From NCBI RefSeq assembly GCF_058153355.1, contig NZ_CM177019.1: a DNA stretch of 64,000 bases, one strand, 5' to 3'. The position numbers were made by a program, and so were the translations under genes. The notes under the pieces are model-generated. The model did not search any database and was not told the origin of the DNA. It was given only the letters and a program-made list of their open reading frames with translations. Shown here one piece after another: positions 12,700-23,954 of the stretch; positions within the stretch are counted from its first letter, which is position 1; every line of letters starts with the position of its first letter.

Positions 12700-13511
12700 G
12701 GTGTTCCTTGTAATAATTGTTGACCAAGCCAGAACCCCAGCAGCGTATCTGCCCCTGACGTATGCCCCAGCGCCAGCAGCGAATCAATCGCAACAGCGGT
12801 ACGTTTCGGGCAACTCAGAGCATGAACAAAGTGCAGGAGTGGCGAGGCGAAATATCCTTGCGCGGCGTAACGTAAATAATTAACGCTCACCGCCGTGGTA
12901 ACGAGTTGAAGATTGTCGGAACAGGCAAAAAACGGGCGACCGGAGCGCGCATCTAAAGCGCCAAAATACCAGGCCGCCAGCAGCATTCCGCTCAGCGTGT
13001 CATCATGACTCGGCGTTAATCCCGGCCCTTTACCCAGCCAGTGCCGCCAGTCGGTCTTAACGCCATTGAGCGCGGCCTGAAAACAGTGACGAAACTGGCG
13101 TAATTCAGCGGGAAGCGGATCGCCTGCCGCCAACGCCAGCGGCCCGAAAAGCCCGGTTTCCTCCGCGCGTTGCATCCATGCCGCTGCAAGCGGTTGAGGA
13201 TGCGCAGGCGGCGTAATACGCAGCAAACAATAACGCTGTGGCTGTTTAACCGTGAAACGCCCGAGGCGAATCCCTTGAGCCATAACCTGCGGTCGTTCAT
13301 TGCCGCATAATCCACCGCATAACGCATCGAATTGTGCGCGGCGAAGCACCCATCCTCCGGGACCGAAACCACTTCCCTGACGATGTAGCGTTAACAGTTC
13401 GCCGCTTTCTGTCAGCAGATTAATCGCCCGCCGCCAGATGCCCGCTAACCGCCAGGACTGGCGATAGTCAGGTGCACTACGACTGGCAAGCAGAGGATGG
13501 ATGATCGTCAT
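12696..13511 (-). CDS. ylbF: Conserved hypothetical protein (ylbF family)
   Basis: ORF 12696..13604; likely start at [12 protein letters not shown] (~271 aa); synteny. Confidence 0.65.
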   Translation of the reverse strand: MTIIHPLLASRSAPDYRQSWRLAGIWRRAINLLTESGELLTLHRQGSGFGPGGWVLRRAQFDALCGGLCGNERPQVMAQGIRLGRFTVKQPQRYCLLRITPPAHPQPLAAAWMQRAEETGLFGPLALAAGDPLPAELRQFRHCFQAALNGVKTDWRHWLGKGPGLTPSHDDTLSGMLLAAWYFGALDARSGRPFFACSDNLQLVTTAVSVNYLRYAAQGYFASPLLHFVHALSCPKRTAVAIDSLLALGHTSGADTLLGFWLGQQLLQGTP

Positions 13512-13521
13512 TGCGCGTTCC

Positions 13522-14781
13522 TCAACCAATCCCCATGCTTTCAGCCAGAGCTTCCAGCGCCTGTTCAAAGCACGCCAGCGGTGCCCGCACAGTGCCTGCG
13601 CCAATCTGCCCGATCCCCGCCTCTTTATGGGCGATACCCGTATTGATGAGTGGTGTAATGCCGGTTTCTACCACGCGACGAATATCCAGCCCCAGACACG
13701 CGCCCTGGAAATCCCAGCCAGGGATCTGCAACTGCATATTGCGCTCAAGGAAGATTTCTGCCATCTCTTCAGATACAGCTCTGGCTGCTTCCATACCACC
13801 TGCACCGACAAAGCGTGTTACGCCAGGGGCGGCGATCATTGCCGCACCACCGATACCAAAGGTTTCGGTAATCGCGCTATCGCCCATATCCGGGTTCGCC
13901 TGCACCTGCGAGAAGCCGGTGAAAAACAGACCTTGGGGAGTGTTTACAGGCGCAGTAAACCAGCGTTCGCCCAGCCCGCTGACCCGAATCCCGAACATAC
14001 TGCCGTTGCGGGTCATAGCCGTAACGATGCTGCCTGCGCGGATCATCGCACCAGTATCCATCGCCGCCTTGCAGTAAGCCATCGCGAGGTTAAGGAAGAA
14101 CTGATCGGTCACGCTGAGGAAATCCATCACTTCCGCAATGTGCTGTTTATCATGATCGAGGCGAGCAATTTGTGGGGCCAGCGCACGCATTAACAGTGCT
14201 GAGGAAGCAATATTGCGTTGATGAAACTCATCGCCCATCGTAATGCCCTGCGCCATCATCGCCGTGAGATCGATACCGCGCTCCATGCGCCCCAGCGCCG
14301 CGCTTAATACTGGCATTAACACATCGCGCATCCAGCGATGGCGAGTCAGGACATCTTCGCCGTAAGCGCCAAAACGCATCACTTTACCGATACCTTCATT
14401 GAGGTTGCAGTACGCCCGGTTACCGTCGGTCACGTTCTCGACCACCAGCATCGGCATACTGGCAGAAGTAATTCCGCCCATTGGCCCGACGGCATTCACA
14501 TGGTGACAAGGAATGAAGTTCACTTCCCCCTGCTCCAGCATCGCCAGTGCCTGCGCTTCATCTTTCGCCCAGCCTTCAAACAGACACGCACCCACGCACG
14601 CCCCTTTCATGGGGCCGGTCATCTCCTGCCAGCGCATCGGCGGCCCGGCGTGAAGCAGTGTTTTGCCCGGGTGTAGTTCACTGATAAGTGAAGAAGCCGG
14701 TTGCACATCCAGCCAGTGTGGACGAGCGCGACGAATTTGTTCGATAACCGCAGCATTGGCTTGCGCCACTGATGTAAACAT
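13522..14781 (-). CDS. ylbE: DUF1116-family protein (intact here)
   Basis: Uninterrupted 419-aa ORF between ylbF and fdrA. Confidence 0.7.
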   Translation of the reverse strand: MFTSVAQANAAVIEQIRRARPHWLDVQPASSLISELHPGKTLLHAGPPMRWQEMTGPMKGACVGACLFEGWAKDEAQALAMLEQGEVNFIPCHHVNAVGPMGGITSASMPMLVVENVTDGNRAYCNLNEGIGKVMRFGAYGEDVLTRHRWMRDVLMPVLSAALGRMERGIDLTAMMAQGITMGDEFHQRNIASSALLMRALAPQIARLDHDKQHIAEVMDFLSVTDQFFLNLAMAYCKAAMDTGAMIRAGSIVTAMTRNGSMFGIRVSGLGERWFTAPVNTPQGLFFTGFSQVQANPDMGDSAITETFGIGGAAMIAAPGVTRFVGAGGMEAARAVSEEMAEIFLERNMQLQIPGWDFQGACLGLDIRRVVETGITPLINTGIAHKEAGIGQIGAGTVRAPLACFEQALEALAESMGIG

Positions 14782-14790
14782 GGGAACCCC

Positions 14791-16458
14791 TTATTGCAAA
14801 CGTTCTAATAAACGAGCCAGTTTTTTATTGCCGCCAGCGACTGGTGACCATTGGTAATGCACAACCGGTTTGCTGGCGCTTTGTAGTTCCAGCGCAAAGC
14901 TGCGTAATCCGATGTTAATCACGGCGACGTTTTCCAGTAGTGACGGTGTGTGTTGCTGTGTGGCAGGCGAGAGCGGATGAATTAACGCCGCCGCCAGCAA
15001 GGTGGCTTCCGGCAGCGAACTCACTACCGCGATCCCTGCATCTTCCAGCGTGGCGATTTGTTGCGAGCGGCATTGCGGGTCACGTTCAGTGCCTGTCACT
15101 GTGGCAATGGCATACAGTGGTTGATTGTCTGAACGCGCGGCACAGGCTTTTTGCCAGGCGCTTACCAGCGAGGCTGCAGGATCGGCAGTCGCACCGAAGC
15201 CAATCACCACATCAAGCAGCAATACGCGCACTTGCGCTTTAGCGCCGAGATCGGCAATTAACTGGTTGCGTAAGGTTGGGTCGATCATCGGATGGGGACG
15301 CCCGACGGTGTAGAAATCATCGCCGAGGTCAATGATCTGGTGACCATCGGCGTCCAGCATCATGCCGTGATGATGGGCATCGTCGGCTACCACGCCAAGA
15401 TGCCTGGCAAGTAATCCCGCCGCTTCGGCGGCCAGCGTACCGCCGGTATACAAGCCGCAAATAAGTCCGCTGCTGGCAGGCGCTATCGCGTTACGTCGCG
15501 CCGTAACGCGTGAAAGCAGGCAAGCCAGACGCGCGGCCTCATCCAGCGAGGAGGCAAACCAGACATTCTCGTCGCGGGCCACCGCCGGGATATAACCTAA
15601 AAACAGCGCCACCGTTGGTTTGCCGGTTGCTTTCATGGCATTAACAATTTTCAGACGCACAGCTTCGGCAGGCGGTTTTGAAACAAACGCCAGCACTTCG
15701 CTTTTCTCATCTACACTGAGCATTTCCAGCGCCGTTAGCGCACTGATGCCGCCCACGTCACGGCTGAGGTCGCGCCCGCCAAGACCAATCGCGTGAGTAA
15801 TTCCCTCACCTGCCAGTGCAATCTGCGAACACAGTTCCTGAATCCCGGTACCGGAAGCGCCAATGACGCCAATGTTGCCTTCCGGCATCACGTTAGCAAA
15901 AGCCAGCGGCGTGGCGGCAATCATCGATGTACCGCAGTCCGGCCCCATCACCAGCAAACCTTTTTCCCGCGCGCGGGTTTTAAGTTGGATTTCATCTTCC
16001 AGCGTGACGTTATCGGAGAACATCATCACGTTGAGGTTGCGATCCAGCGCCTGGTTCGCCAGTTCCGCCGCATACTCGCCAGCCACTGAAATCAGCGCCA
16101 GATTGGCATTGGGTAATTTCTGACTGGCACTGTCCCAGCGACGTACCTGCGTCAACGCCTGGCTGCTGCCTGTACCCTGTGCCAGTTGTTTTAGCGCCTC
16201 TTCAAGCTGCCGCATAATCGCCTGCGCGATCCCTGCATCCGCCGCTTCGCTACGAATCGCCACGCAAATATCGTTCGGCGTGGCGTGATTAAAATCGTCA
16301 TGCCAGAAACCTGTAGTCTCTAATAACGCTTTATTGGCGGGCGTACCCATCATTACGGAAACATCATCAACATTTTCTGATTCGCTGAGTTTTCGTGAAA
16401 TAATCATTAAACTGACCGAATCCTGAAAACACCCTTTTTTAATAAAGGCGTGGATCAT
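14791..16458 (-). CDS. fdrA: Acyl-CoA synthetase-like protein FdrA
   Basis: 555-aa ORF with succinyl-CoA synthetase-like CoA-binding region; synteny. Confidence 0.8.
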   Translation of the reverse strand: MIHAFIKKGCFQDSVSLMIISRKLSESENVDDVSVMMGTPANKALLETTGFWHDDFNHATPNDICVAIRSEAADAGIAQAIMRQLEEALKQLAQGTGSSQALTQVRRWDSASQKLPNANLALISVAGEYAAELANQALDRNLNVMMFSDNVTLEDEIQLKTRAREKGLLVMGPDCGTSMIAATPLAFANVMPEGNIGVIGASGTGIQELCSQIALAGEGITHAIGLGGRDLSRDVGGISALTALEMLSVDEKSEVLAFVSKPPAEAVRLKIVNAMKATGKPTVALFLGYIPAVARDENVWFASSLDEAARLACLLSRVTARRNAIAPASSGLICGLYTGGTLAAEAAGLLARHLGVVADDAHHHGMMLDADGHQIIDLGDDFYTVGRPHPMIDPTLRNQLIADLGAKAQVRVLLLDVVIGFGATADPAASLVSAWQKACAARSDNQPLYAIATVTGTERDPQCRSQQIATLEDAGIAVVSSLPEATLLAAALIHPLSPATQQHTPSLLENVAVINIGLRSFALELQSASKPVVHYQWSPVAGGNKKLARLLERLQ

Positions 16459-16774
16459 AACAACTCCTTAAAAATTGCACCCATGGCAATTGCACGAGCA
16501 ATGTTAATGTGGCGATTACGGTATCGATGGATGGTGATAAATAAGGTGATGAATATCACACAGACATTATTAACAAAAGAATTCAAATAACCGCCAGACT
16601 ATTACGCGTTATTTTTTAATAAGCATAGTTGTTTTAAAAACCAGGTTAAAAGCGAGCGGATTATCAAATAAATTCTAACTATATTTTTTTGCCTGTCTGG
16701 ATCACATAATCCAGATATTTTCCCTGTATGTTAATTGCAGTCATGCTTCACACCGTCGTTAAAAAGGAAGACAG

Positions 16775-17824
16775 ATGAAAATCAGTCGGGAAACACTCCA
16801 CCAGCTAATCGAGAATAAACTCTGTCAGGCTGGGTTAAAACGTGAGCACGCTGCAACCGTGGCTGAAGTATTGGTTTACGCCGATGCCAGAGGGATCCAC
16901 TCTCATGGCGCGGTGCGCGTTGAATACTACGCAGAGCGCATATCAAAAGGCGGCACCAACCGCGAACCAGAGTTTCGTCTTGAAGAAACCGGACCGTGCT
17001 CGGCAATTTTACATGCCGACAATGCCGCCGGACAGGTCGCGGCAAAAATGGGTATGGAACATGCCATCAAAACCGCCCAGCAAAAAGGCGTTGCGGTGGT
17101 CGGTATCAGCCGGATAGGTCACAGCGGCGCAATCTCTTATTTTGTGCAGCAGGCAGCCCGCGCCGGATTGATTGGCATTTCGATGTGCCAGTCCGATCCA
17201 ATGGTGGTGCCGTTTGGCGGCGCGGAAATTTACTACGGCACTAACCCACTGGCCTTTGCCGCGCCGGGAGAAGGCGACGAGATCCTTACTTTTGATATGG
17301 CGACTACCGTACAGGCATGGGGAAAAGTGCTCGACGCCCGCTCGCGCAATATGTCTATCCCGGATACCTGGGCGGTCGATAAAAACGGTGCACCAACAAC
17401 CGATCCCTTCGCGGTTAACGCCCTGCTCCCGGCTGCCGGACCGAAAGGTTATGGCCTGATGATGATGATCGACGTCCTCTCAGGCGTCTTACTCGGCTTA
17501 CCGTTCGGGCGTCAGGTCAGTTCGATGTATGACGATTTACACGCCGGACGTAATTTGGGGCAATTACATGTAGTTATTAACCCGAACTTTTTCTCCTCCA
17601 GCGAATTATTCCGTCAACATCTTAGCCAGACCATGCGCGAATTAAATGCCATAACCCCCGCGCCCGGTTTTAACCAGGTTTATTATCCCGGACAGGATCA
17701 GGATATTAAACAACGCAAAGCCGCCGTCGAAGGCATCGAAATTGTTGATGATATTTACCAGTATTTAATTTCCGACGCGCTTTATAACACGTCATACGAA
17801 ACGAAAAATCCCTTTGCGCAATAA
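16775..17824 (+). CDS. allD: Ureidoglycolate dehydrogenase
   Basis: 349-aa ORF, Ldh_2 family; position in allantoin cluster. Confidence 0.85.
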   Translation: MKISRETLHQLIENKLCQAGLKREHAATVAEVLVYADARGIHSHGAVRVEYYAERISKGGTNREPEFRLEETGPCSAILHADNAAGQVAAKMGMEHAIKTAQQKGVAVVGISRIGHSGAISYFVQQAARAGLIGISMCQSDPMVVPFGGAEIYYGTNPLAFAAPGEGDEILTFDMATTVQAWGKVLDARSRNMSIPDTWAVDKNGAPTTDPFAVNALLPAAGPKGYGLMMMIDVLSGVLLGLPFGRQVSSMYDDLHAGRNLGQLHVVINPNFFSSSELFRQHLSQTMRELNAITPAPGFNQVYYPGQDQDIKQRKAAVEGIEIVDDIYQYLISDALYNTSYETKNPFAQ

Positions 17825-17845
17825 TTGTTGAGACAGGACTTTCTT

Positions 17846-19081
17846 ATGATTACACATTTCCGTCAAGCCATAGAAGAAACGCTGCCCTGGCTTTCCTCTT
17901 TTGGCGCTGACCCAACGGGTGGAATGACCCGTTTACTTTATTCGCCGGAGTGGCTGGAAACCCAGCAGCAATTTAAAAAAAGAATGGCAGCAAGTGGGCT
18001 GGAAACACGTTTCGATGAAGTGGGGAATTTATACGGCCGCCTGAACGGCAGCGAATACCCTCAGGAAGTGATTCTGAGCGGTTCGCATATTGATACCGTG
18101 GTTAACGGCGGTAACCTCGACGGACAATTCGGCGCACTGGCGGCGTGGCTGGCGATTGACTGGCTGAAAACGCAATACGGCGCGCCGCTGCGAACGGTCG
18201 AAGTGGTGGCAATGGCGGAAGAAGAAGGCAGCCGCTTCCCGTATGTCTTCTGGGGCAGTAAAAATATCTTTGGGCTGGCGAATCCTGACGACGTGCGGAA
18301 TATCTGTGATGCCAAAGGAAATAGTTTTGTCGATGCGATGAAGGCTTGTGGATTTACTCTGCCCGCCGCCCCACTGGCTCCGCGTCAGGACATCAAAGCC
18401 TTTGTCGAACTGCATATCGAACAGGGTTGTGTGCTGGAAAGTAATGGTCAGTCAATTGGCGTGGTGAATGCGATTGTCGGGCAACGTCGCTACACGGTGA
18501 CGCTGAACGGCGAATCAAACCATGCAGGCACCACGCCGATGGGTTATCGTCGTGATACGGTTTACGCTTTCAGTCGCATTTGCCATCAGTCAGTTGAGAA
18601 AGCGAAAAAGATGGGCGATCCGCTGGTGCTGACCTTTGGCAAGGTGGAGCCGCGCCCGAATACGGTGAATGTAGTGCCGGGTAAAACCACGTTCACTATT
18701 GATTGTCGTCATACCGACACTGCCGTGTTGCGCGATTTTACCCAACAGTTAGAAAACGACATGCGGGCGATTTGCGATGAAATGGACATTGGTATTGATA
18801 TCGATTTATGGATGGACGAAGAACCCGTGCCGATGAACAAGGAGCTTGTCGCCACCCTGACAGAATTGTGTGAAAGCGAAAAACTGAATTATCGGGTAAT
18901 GCACAGTGGTGCCGGGCACGACGCACAAATTTTCGCGCCTCGCGTGCCGACCTGCATGATTTTCATTCCCAGCATCAACGGGATCAGCCATAACCCGGCG
19001 GAACGCACCAATATTACCGACCTTGCCGAAGGGGTCAAAACGTTGGCACTCATGCTTTATCAACTTGCCTGGCAGAAATAA
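17846..19081 (+). CDS. allC: Allantoate amidohydrolase
   Basis: ORF 17825..19081; likely start at MITHFRQ (~411 aa); M20 peptidase-like. Confidence 0.85.
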   Translation: MITHFRQAIEETLPWLSSFGADPTGGMTRLLYSPEWLETQQQFKKRMAASGLETRFDEVGNLYGRLNGSEYPQEVILSGSHIDTVVNGGNLDGQFGALAAWLAIDWLKTQYGAPLRTVEVVAMAEEEGSRFPYVFWGSKNIFGLANPDDVRNICDAKGNSFVDAMKACGFTLPAAPLAPRQDIKAFVELHIEQGCVLESNGQSIGVVNAIVGQRRYTVTLNGESNHAGTTPMGYRRDTVYAFSRICHQSVEKAKKMGDPLVLTFGKVEPRPNTVNVVPGKTTFTIDCRHTDTAVLRDFTQQLENDMRAICDEMDIGIDIDLWMDEEPVPMNKELVATLTELCESEKLNYRVMHSGAGHDAQIFAPRVPTCMIFIPSINGISHNPAERTNITDLAEGVKTLALMLYQLAWQK

Positions 19082-19091
19082 GGAGTTATAA

Positions 19092-19877
19092 ATGGGATAT
19101 TTAAATAACGTCACCGGTTACCGCGATGATTTACTGGCTAACCGTGCGATTGTTAAACACGGTAATTTCGCGCTGCTAACCCCGGACGGTCTGGTAAAAA
19201 ATATTATTCCGGGCTTTGAAAATTGTGACGCAACAATCCTCTCCACGCCAAAGCTGGGGGCCTCTTTTGTTGATTATCTGGTCACACTGCATCAAAACGG
19301 CGGCAACCAACAGGGCTTCGGTGGTGAAGGAATTGAAACGTTCCTGTATGTGATCTCTGGAAATATCACTGCCAAAGCCGAAGGGAAAACATTTACCTTA
19401 AGCGAAGGTGGTTATCTTTATTGCCCGCCAGGCTCCTTAATGACTTTTGTTAACGCCCAGGCCGAAGACAGCCAAATCTTTTTATATAAGCGTCGCTATG
19501 TTCCGGTAGAAGGTCATGCGCCGTGGCTGGTTTCTGGCAATGCCAGCGAACTGGAACGCATTCATTATGAAGGCATGGACGATGTTATTCTGCTGGATTT
19601 TCTGCCCAAAGAGTTAGGTTTTGATATGAACATGCATATCCTCTCTTTTGCGCCAGGTGCCAGCCACGGTTATATCGAAACTCACGTCCAGGAACACGGT
19701 GCCTATATTCTTTCCGGTCAGGGGGTTTATAACCTCGACAATAACTGGATCCCGGTGAAAAAAGGCGATTACATCTTTATGGGCGCTTATTCCTTACAGG
19801 CTGGTTATGGCGTAGGACGTGGTGAAGCGTTCAGCTATATTTACTCGAAAGATTGCAACCGTGATGTTGAGATTTAA
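19092..19877 (+). CDS. allE: (S)-ureidoglycine aminohydrolase (cupin)
   Basis: 261-aa bicupin ORF following allC. Confidence 0.8.
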   Translation: MGYLNNVTGYRDDLLANRAIVKHGNFALLTPDGLVKNIIPGFENCDATILSTPKLGASFVDYLVTLHQNGGNQQGFGGEGIETFLYVISGNITAKAEGKTFTLSEGGYLYCPPGSLMTFVNAQAEDSQIFLYKRRYVPVEGHAPWLVSGNASELERIHYEGMDDVILLDFLPKELGFDMNMHILSFAPGASHGYIETHVQEHGAYILSGQGVYNLDNNWIPVKKGDYIFMGAYSLQAGYGVGRGEAFSYIYSKDCNRDVEI

Positions 19878-19917
19878 GTCATACCACTCGCCTGATTATT
19901 TTTAGCTATGTTGGATT

Positions 19918-19950
19918 TTGCCACGGTTTATACCGTGGCTTTTTTTTTGT
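19918..19950 (+). terminator. Rho-independent terminator after allDCE
   Basis: gccacggtttataccgtggc hairpin followed by T9. Confidence 0.6.
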
Positions 19951-19967
19951 AGTCAATTCAGGTAAAA

Positions 19968-19990
19968 AAAGATGCGATATAAATCGCATC
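19968..19990 (-). terminator. Rho-independent terminator after glxK
   Basis: gatgcgat-ttat-atcgcatc hairpin followed by T7 on the minus strand. Confidence 0.5.
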
Positions 19991-20007
19991 CGCTTTAAAG
20001 GTAAGAG

Positions 20008-21153
20008 TCAGTTTTTAATTCCCTGACCTATTTTAATGGCGCAGGCAATATTTCGCGCGCTGTTGAAGAGATTGGTTTCACCGCTTGCGAGCACTTCGGC
20101 TAAAGGTGCCAAACGTGGCAAAATGCTGAACACCGCGTCAATGCCGTACTGGTGCACCACTTCCACGCCATCACCCAATACGCCAGCAATCCCAATCACC
20201 GGGACATTAAACTGCTTCGCCACCGATGCCACACCCAGCGGCGCTTTACCGCCTGCCGTTTGCGAGTCGATGCGCCCTTCCCCGGTGATCACCAGTGCTG
20301 CACCCTGCACCGCCTGCGCAAGATTGACCGCATTCAACACAATCTCAATACCCGGTTTAATATCCGCATTGAGGAATACCGCTGCGGCAATTCCCATGCC
20401 TCCGGCCGCGCCGCCGCCCGCCATCTGGCAGACGTTGATTTCAGTTAGCTGTTGTAAAACACGGGCGTAATTTTGCAGCCCCTGTTCCAGCTCTTCGACC
20501 ATTTCTGGCGTTGCCCCTTTTTGCGGGCCAAACACCGCCGCCGCGCCGCGTGCCCCTACCAACGGATTATCTACATCGCACGCTACTTCAATATGGCAGT
20601 TCGCCAGGCGCGGATCGCACTCCTCCATCTCAATGCTTGCCACGCGCGCTAAATTGCCGCCGTTAGCCACCAGCACCTGACCGTCGGCATCGAGAAAACG
20701 CACACCGAGCGCCTGCGCCATGCCCATACCGCCGTCGACCGTCGCGCTACCACCAATGCCGAGAATAATATGGCGAATATCGTTATCCAGCGCATGGCGA
20801 ATTAACTCCCCCGTACCAAAACTGGAGGCCAGCAACGGATTACGCTTTTCAGGCTCGACCAGCATCAGGCCACTTGCAGCCGCCATCTCAATCACCGCCG
20901 TTTTCCCGTCGCCGGTAAGGCCATAAAAAGCATTCACTGTTTCCCCCATCGGCCCACAGACTTCAAGCGTCACGATTTTGCCGCCCGTCGCGGCGACCAT
21001 CGCCTCCACCGTCCCTTCGCCGCCATCCGCTATCGGCAGACAGATATAGTGCGCATCGGGAAAGAGGGTCGAAAACCCGGCTTTAATTGCCTGACAACAT
21101 TTTTCTGCACTTAAGCTCTCTTTAAACGAGTCTGGTGCAATGACAATTTTCAT
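20008..21153 (-). CDS. glxK: Glycerate kinase II
   Basis: ORF 20008..21159; likely start at [14 protein letters not shown] (~381 aa). Confidence 0.85.
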   Translation of the reverse strand: MKIVIAPDSFKESLSAEKCCQAIKAGFSTLFPDAHYICLPIADGGEGTVEAMVAATGGKIVTLEVCGPMGETVNAFYGLTGDGKTAVIEMAAASGLMLVEPEKRNPLLASSFGTGELIRHALDNDIRHIILGIGGSATVDGGMGMAQALGVRFLDADGQVLVANGGNLARVASIEMEECDPRLANCHIEVACDVDNPLVGARGAAAVFGPQKGATPEMVEELEQGLQNYARVLQQLTEINVCQMAGGGAAGGMGIAAAVFLNADIKPGIEIVLNAVNLAQAVQGAALVITGEGRIDSQTAGGKAPLGVASVAKQFNVPVIGIAGVLGDGVEVVHQYGIDAVFSILPRLAPLAEVLASGETNLFNSARNIACAIKIGQGIKN

Positions 21154-21174
21154 TATCAATCCTTTTTCAACAAA

Positions 21175-22482
21175 TTATTCGATGCGTTCCCACGGAATAA
21201 GATTATCCATAAGAACAGCCAGTAAAATTCCGACCAGTAAGCCGTTACTGAGCAGAGGACGAAGCGTTAATGGAAGGTCTTGCAGATACACAGGCGGTAA
21301 TGCCATTAAAAATATGCCGACAAATAACGGCAATGCGAGTCGATAAATATTGCGAGCGGTAAACGTGATTTGCTGGCTAAACACCAGCGCGGAAAAGAGT
21401 AAAGGCAGATAAGAAACCAGCATGACCGCGCTACTGACTGGTAAGGGGATACTGCAAAACAGTCGCGTGAGTGCCGGAACCAGTGCCACCAGCAGGCAAA
21501 TAACGCTGCCATAAATAAACGAACGCCGCGTGTAATCGCCAGTCTGGGTTAATAAACCAATGGATGAAACAAACGGTGAAAATGGAATTACCGCCAGCGG
21601 CACGGTTATCAGCGTCATAAATCCGGTCGCCACAAAGCTGCGACGATAACGCGTATTCCCCGCGCCCTGTTGCGGATAAAAAACATCCGTGCCACGAATC
21701 GCACCGTAGGTATTGCTGATATTTACCAGACCTGTAATCACCGCCGTCAGAATAATCCCCGGCAACAAAGCACCGCCACTGCCAAGCGGGAACCACTGCC
21801 AGTGCAACTCACCGGAAAGCGAGTGCGAAGAAGGAAAGCAAAAGTACCACAACAACCAGCCGGTTATGGTACCGACCAGCAGGCCATAACGGGCAAAACG
21901 TTGCGGCAGAAAAATAATCATTGCCAGTACCAGGCACATCACCGCCACCGAGAGCGCGAACGGCGGTAACTGAATTTTAAAATTCGGGTCGGCTATGCCA
22001 AACGGCAGGCCGAGCATACCTTTGAAAAAGATAGTGGTCAGCTGCGCGCCCAGCATCAACATAAACAAGACCATCACCGACGGCGTAAATAACCGCGCCA
22101 GGCGATGACCTAATCCGCTAAAACCAATCAACATCGTCAGCACGCCAGAAATCGCAATCCCCACCGCCAGACTGGTAGCGATATCGTTGATCGGGGTCCC
22201 GCGCGATGCTTCGCCAAGGGTAATAGTAAGGATGGTTCCCCACCACAGGCCACCCGGCCCTTCCATAATAGCGCGACGATGACCGCAGAACGCCTGAGCG
22301 AAGCAGGCCAGTGCGGTAGCAAGAAAAGCATATTGCGTGAGCGTAAGCAGGCTACTTTGCGGCAACTGAAAAGCAGAAAGTAGCGTAGGAGGAACCACAA
22401 CCGTGTTGCAAAAAATAAAGAAAAACCACTGAAATCCTGATAACAGGCTTTCGCGGCTGACTGCAAAATTGAACATAAACAC
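21175..22482 (-). CDS. ybbY: Putative purine/uracil permease (NCS2 family)
   Basis: 435-aa polytopic membrane ORF; synteny. Confidence 0.8.
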   Translation of the reverse strand: MFMFNFAVSRESLLSGFQWFFFIFCNTVVVPPTLLSAFQLPQSSLLTLTQYAFLATALACFAQAFCGHRRAIMEGPGGLWWGTILTITLGEASRGTPINDIATSLAVGIAISGVLTMLIGFSGLGHRLARLFTPSVMVLFMLMLGAQLTTIFFKGMLGLPFGIADPNFKIQLPPFALSVAVMCLVLAMIIFLPQRFARYGLLVGTITGWLLWYFCFPSSHSLSGELHWQWFPLGSGGALLPGIILTAVITGLVNISNTYGAIRGTDVFYPQQGAGNTRYRRSFVATGFMTLITVPLAVIPFSPFVSSIGLLTQTGDYTRRSFIYGSVICLLVALVPALTRLFCSIPLPVSSAVMLVSYLPLLFSALVFSQQITFTARNIYRLALPLFVGIFLMALPPVYLQDLPLTLRPLLSNGLLVGILLAVLMDNLIPWERIE

Positions 22483-22532
22483 ACCTTAACCGGAGAATGC
22501 CCGCCGCAAGGACGGGCATTGCAGGGGCCAGA

Positions 22533-23894
22533 TTACTGCTGATGTTTAAGGATAAATTGACCTTTCGGCGCAACAGGGAAGCCCTGTTCGATGTCGTAAA
22601 TCACATCACCACGTAAGAGGGTTTTCGTGATACGCGCGCCAATGGTACGGCCAACATACGGGCTGACTTTGTGGCGATATTCCAGATCGTCATTGGTAAG
22701 AACATAGCTGCTATTCGGCTGAATGAAGACGAAGTCGGCATCTTTTCCTGGGGCGATCCGGCCTTTTTGCTGCAAACCGAAAATATCTGCTGCGTTAGTT
22801 GCCATTAATTTGCCGAACATCGGCAGAGACATACCACGTTTCTGTACCGCTTCATCGAACATCACGTCCATGCAGCTTTGCAGACCGGCGATACCGCCCC
22901 ATGCTTTCATAATGTTACCGGCTTTCATTTCCGGCGGGCATGGAGAGTGGTCGGAAACCAGGCAGTCGATTTCACCGTTAAACAGTTTTTCCCACATGCC
23001 TTTCTGGTTTTCCAGATCGCGGATCGGTGGTGAACACTTCGCCAGAGTACCGATTTCTTCGAACTGATCGGTATCCAGCACAAAGTAATGCGGGCAGGAT
23101 TCACAGGTAACATCCTGGCCTTCCTGACGTGCACGAGTCACTTCCTCAACACCTTCCGGGCTGCTGATATGACAAACGTGCAGACGGCAACCAGCAACTT
23201 TCGCCAGGTACAGCACGCGGCGAATCGCTTCCACTTCGGTAAATACCGGACGCGAAGCCACATAGTCATGTGCGGTTACGCGACCTTCACGTTTCGCTTC
23301 TTCGCCCAGTTCGTCACAGATCAGCGCGTTTTCGCAGTGCACCAGCACCGGCTGTCCCAGTTCGCCCAGCTTCTGCGCACCTTTGAAGAACTGCCAGTCA
23401 TTGACGTCACGGAAGTCGTTGTCGATACCGCGATCGCCACAGGTCGCAACGAAGCATTTGAAGCCGACAACGCCCACTTCATCCAGCTCATGCAGACGGT
23501 CGATGTTGTAAGACACCAGGCCACCGAGTTGCGCCGCATCGATAGTCAGCTTGCCTTTAGCGGCATCAAACTTCAGTTCAATCGATGCGCGGTCAACCGT
23601 TGCAGGCTGCTGGTTGAGCGGCATTTCGATCATGGTGGTGATACCCCCTTTTGCCGCTGCGCGAGTACCCGTTTCATAACCTTCCCAGTGGCTACGACCC
23701 GGTTCAGAAATATGGGTGTGCGCATCAACCATGCCTGGCGAAACCACCAGACCAGACGCATCCATAACTTCTTTTGCATCGCCCAGATCCTGACCGATAG
23801 CAGCAATTTTTCCGCCTTTAACGGCGATATCTACAACGCGAGCTTCGTTTTCTAAAATAACGGTGCCGTTTTTAATGATTAAATCAAAAGACAT
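22533..23894 (-). CDS. allB: Allantoinase
   Basis: ORF 22533..23942; likely start at [14 protein letters not shown] (~453 aa); amidohydrolase metal-binding motifs (DAHTH). Confidence 0.85.
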   Translation of the reverse strand: MSFDLIIKNGTVILENEARVVDIAVKGGKIAAIGQDLGDAKEVMDASGLVVSPGMVDAHTHISEPGRSHWEGYETGTRAAAKGGITTMIEMPLNQQPATVDRASIELKFDAAKGKLTIDAAQLGGLVSYNIDRLHELDEVGVVGFKCFVATCGDRGIDNDFRDVNDWQFFKGAQKLGELGQPVLVHCENALICDELGEEAKREGRVTAHDYVASRPVFTEVEAIRRVLYLAKVAGCRLHVCHISSPEGVEEVTRARQEGQDVTCESCPHYFVLDTDQFEEIGTLAKCSPPIRDLENQKGMWEKLFNGEIDCLVSDHSPCPPEMKAGNIMKAWGGIAGLQSCMDVMFDEAVQKRGMSLPMFGKLMATNAADIFGLQQKGRIAPGKDADFVFIQPNSSYVLTNDDLEYRHKVSPYVGRTIGARITKTLLRGDVIYDIEQGFPVAPKGQFILKHQQ

Positions 23895-23954
23895 AACAAA
23901 CTCCTTGTAAAATACAGATTGGTTTTTTAACTCAATGTTCAATATCGGGATTAA

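Noticed and set aside
13522-14781. Intact ylbE as a notable difference from K-12
   Set aside because: I recall ylbE being annotated as disrupted in K-12 but am not certain; an intact ORF is the ordinary state and not a novel signal.
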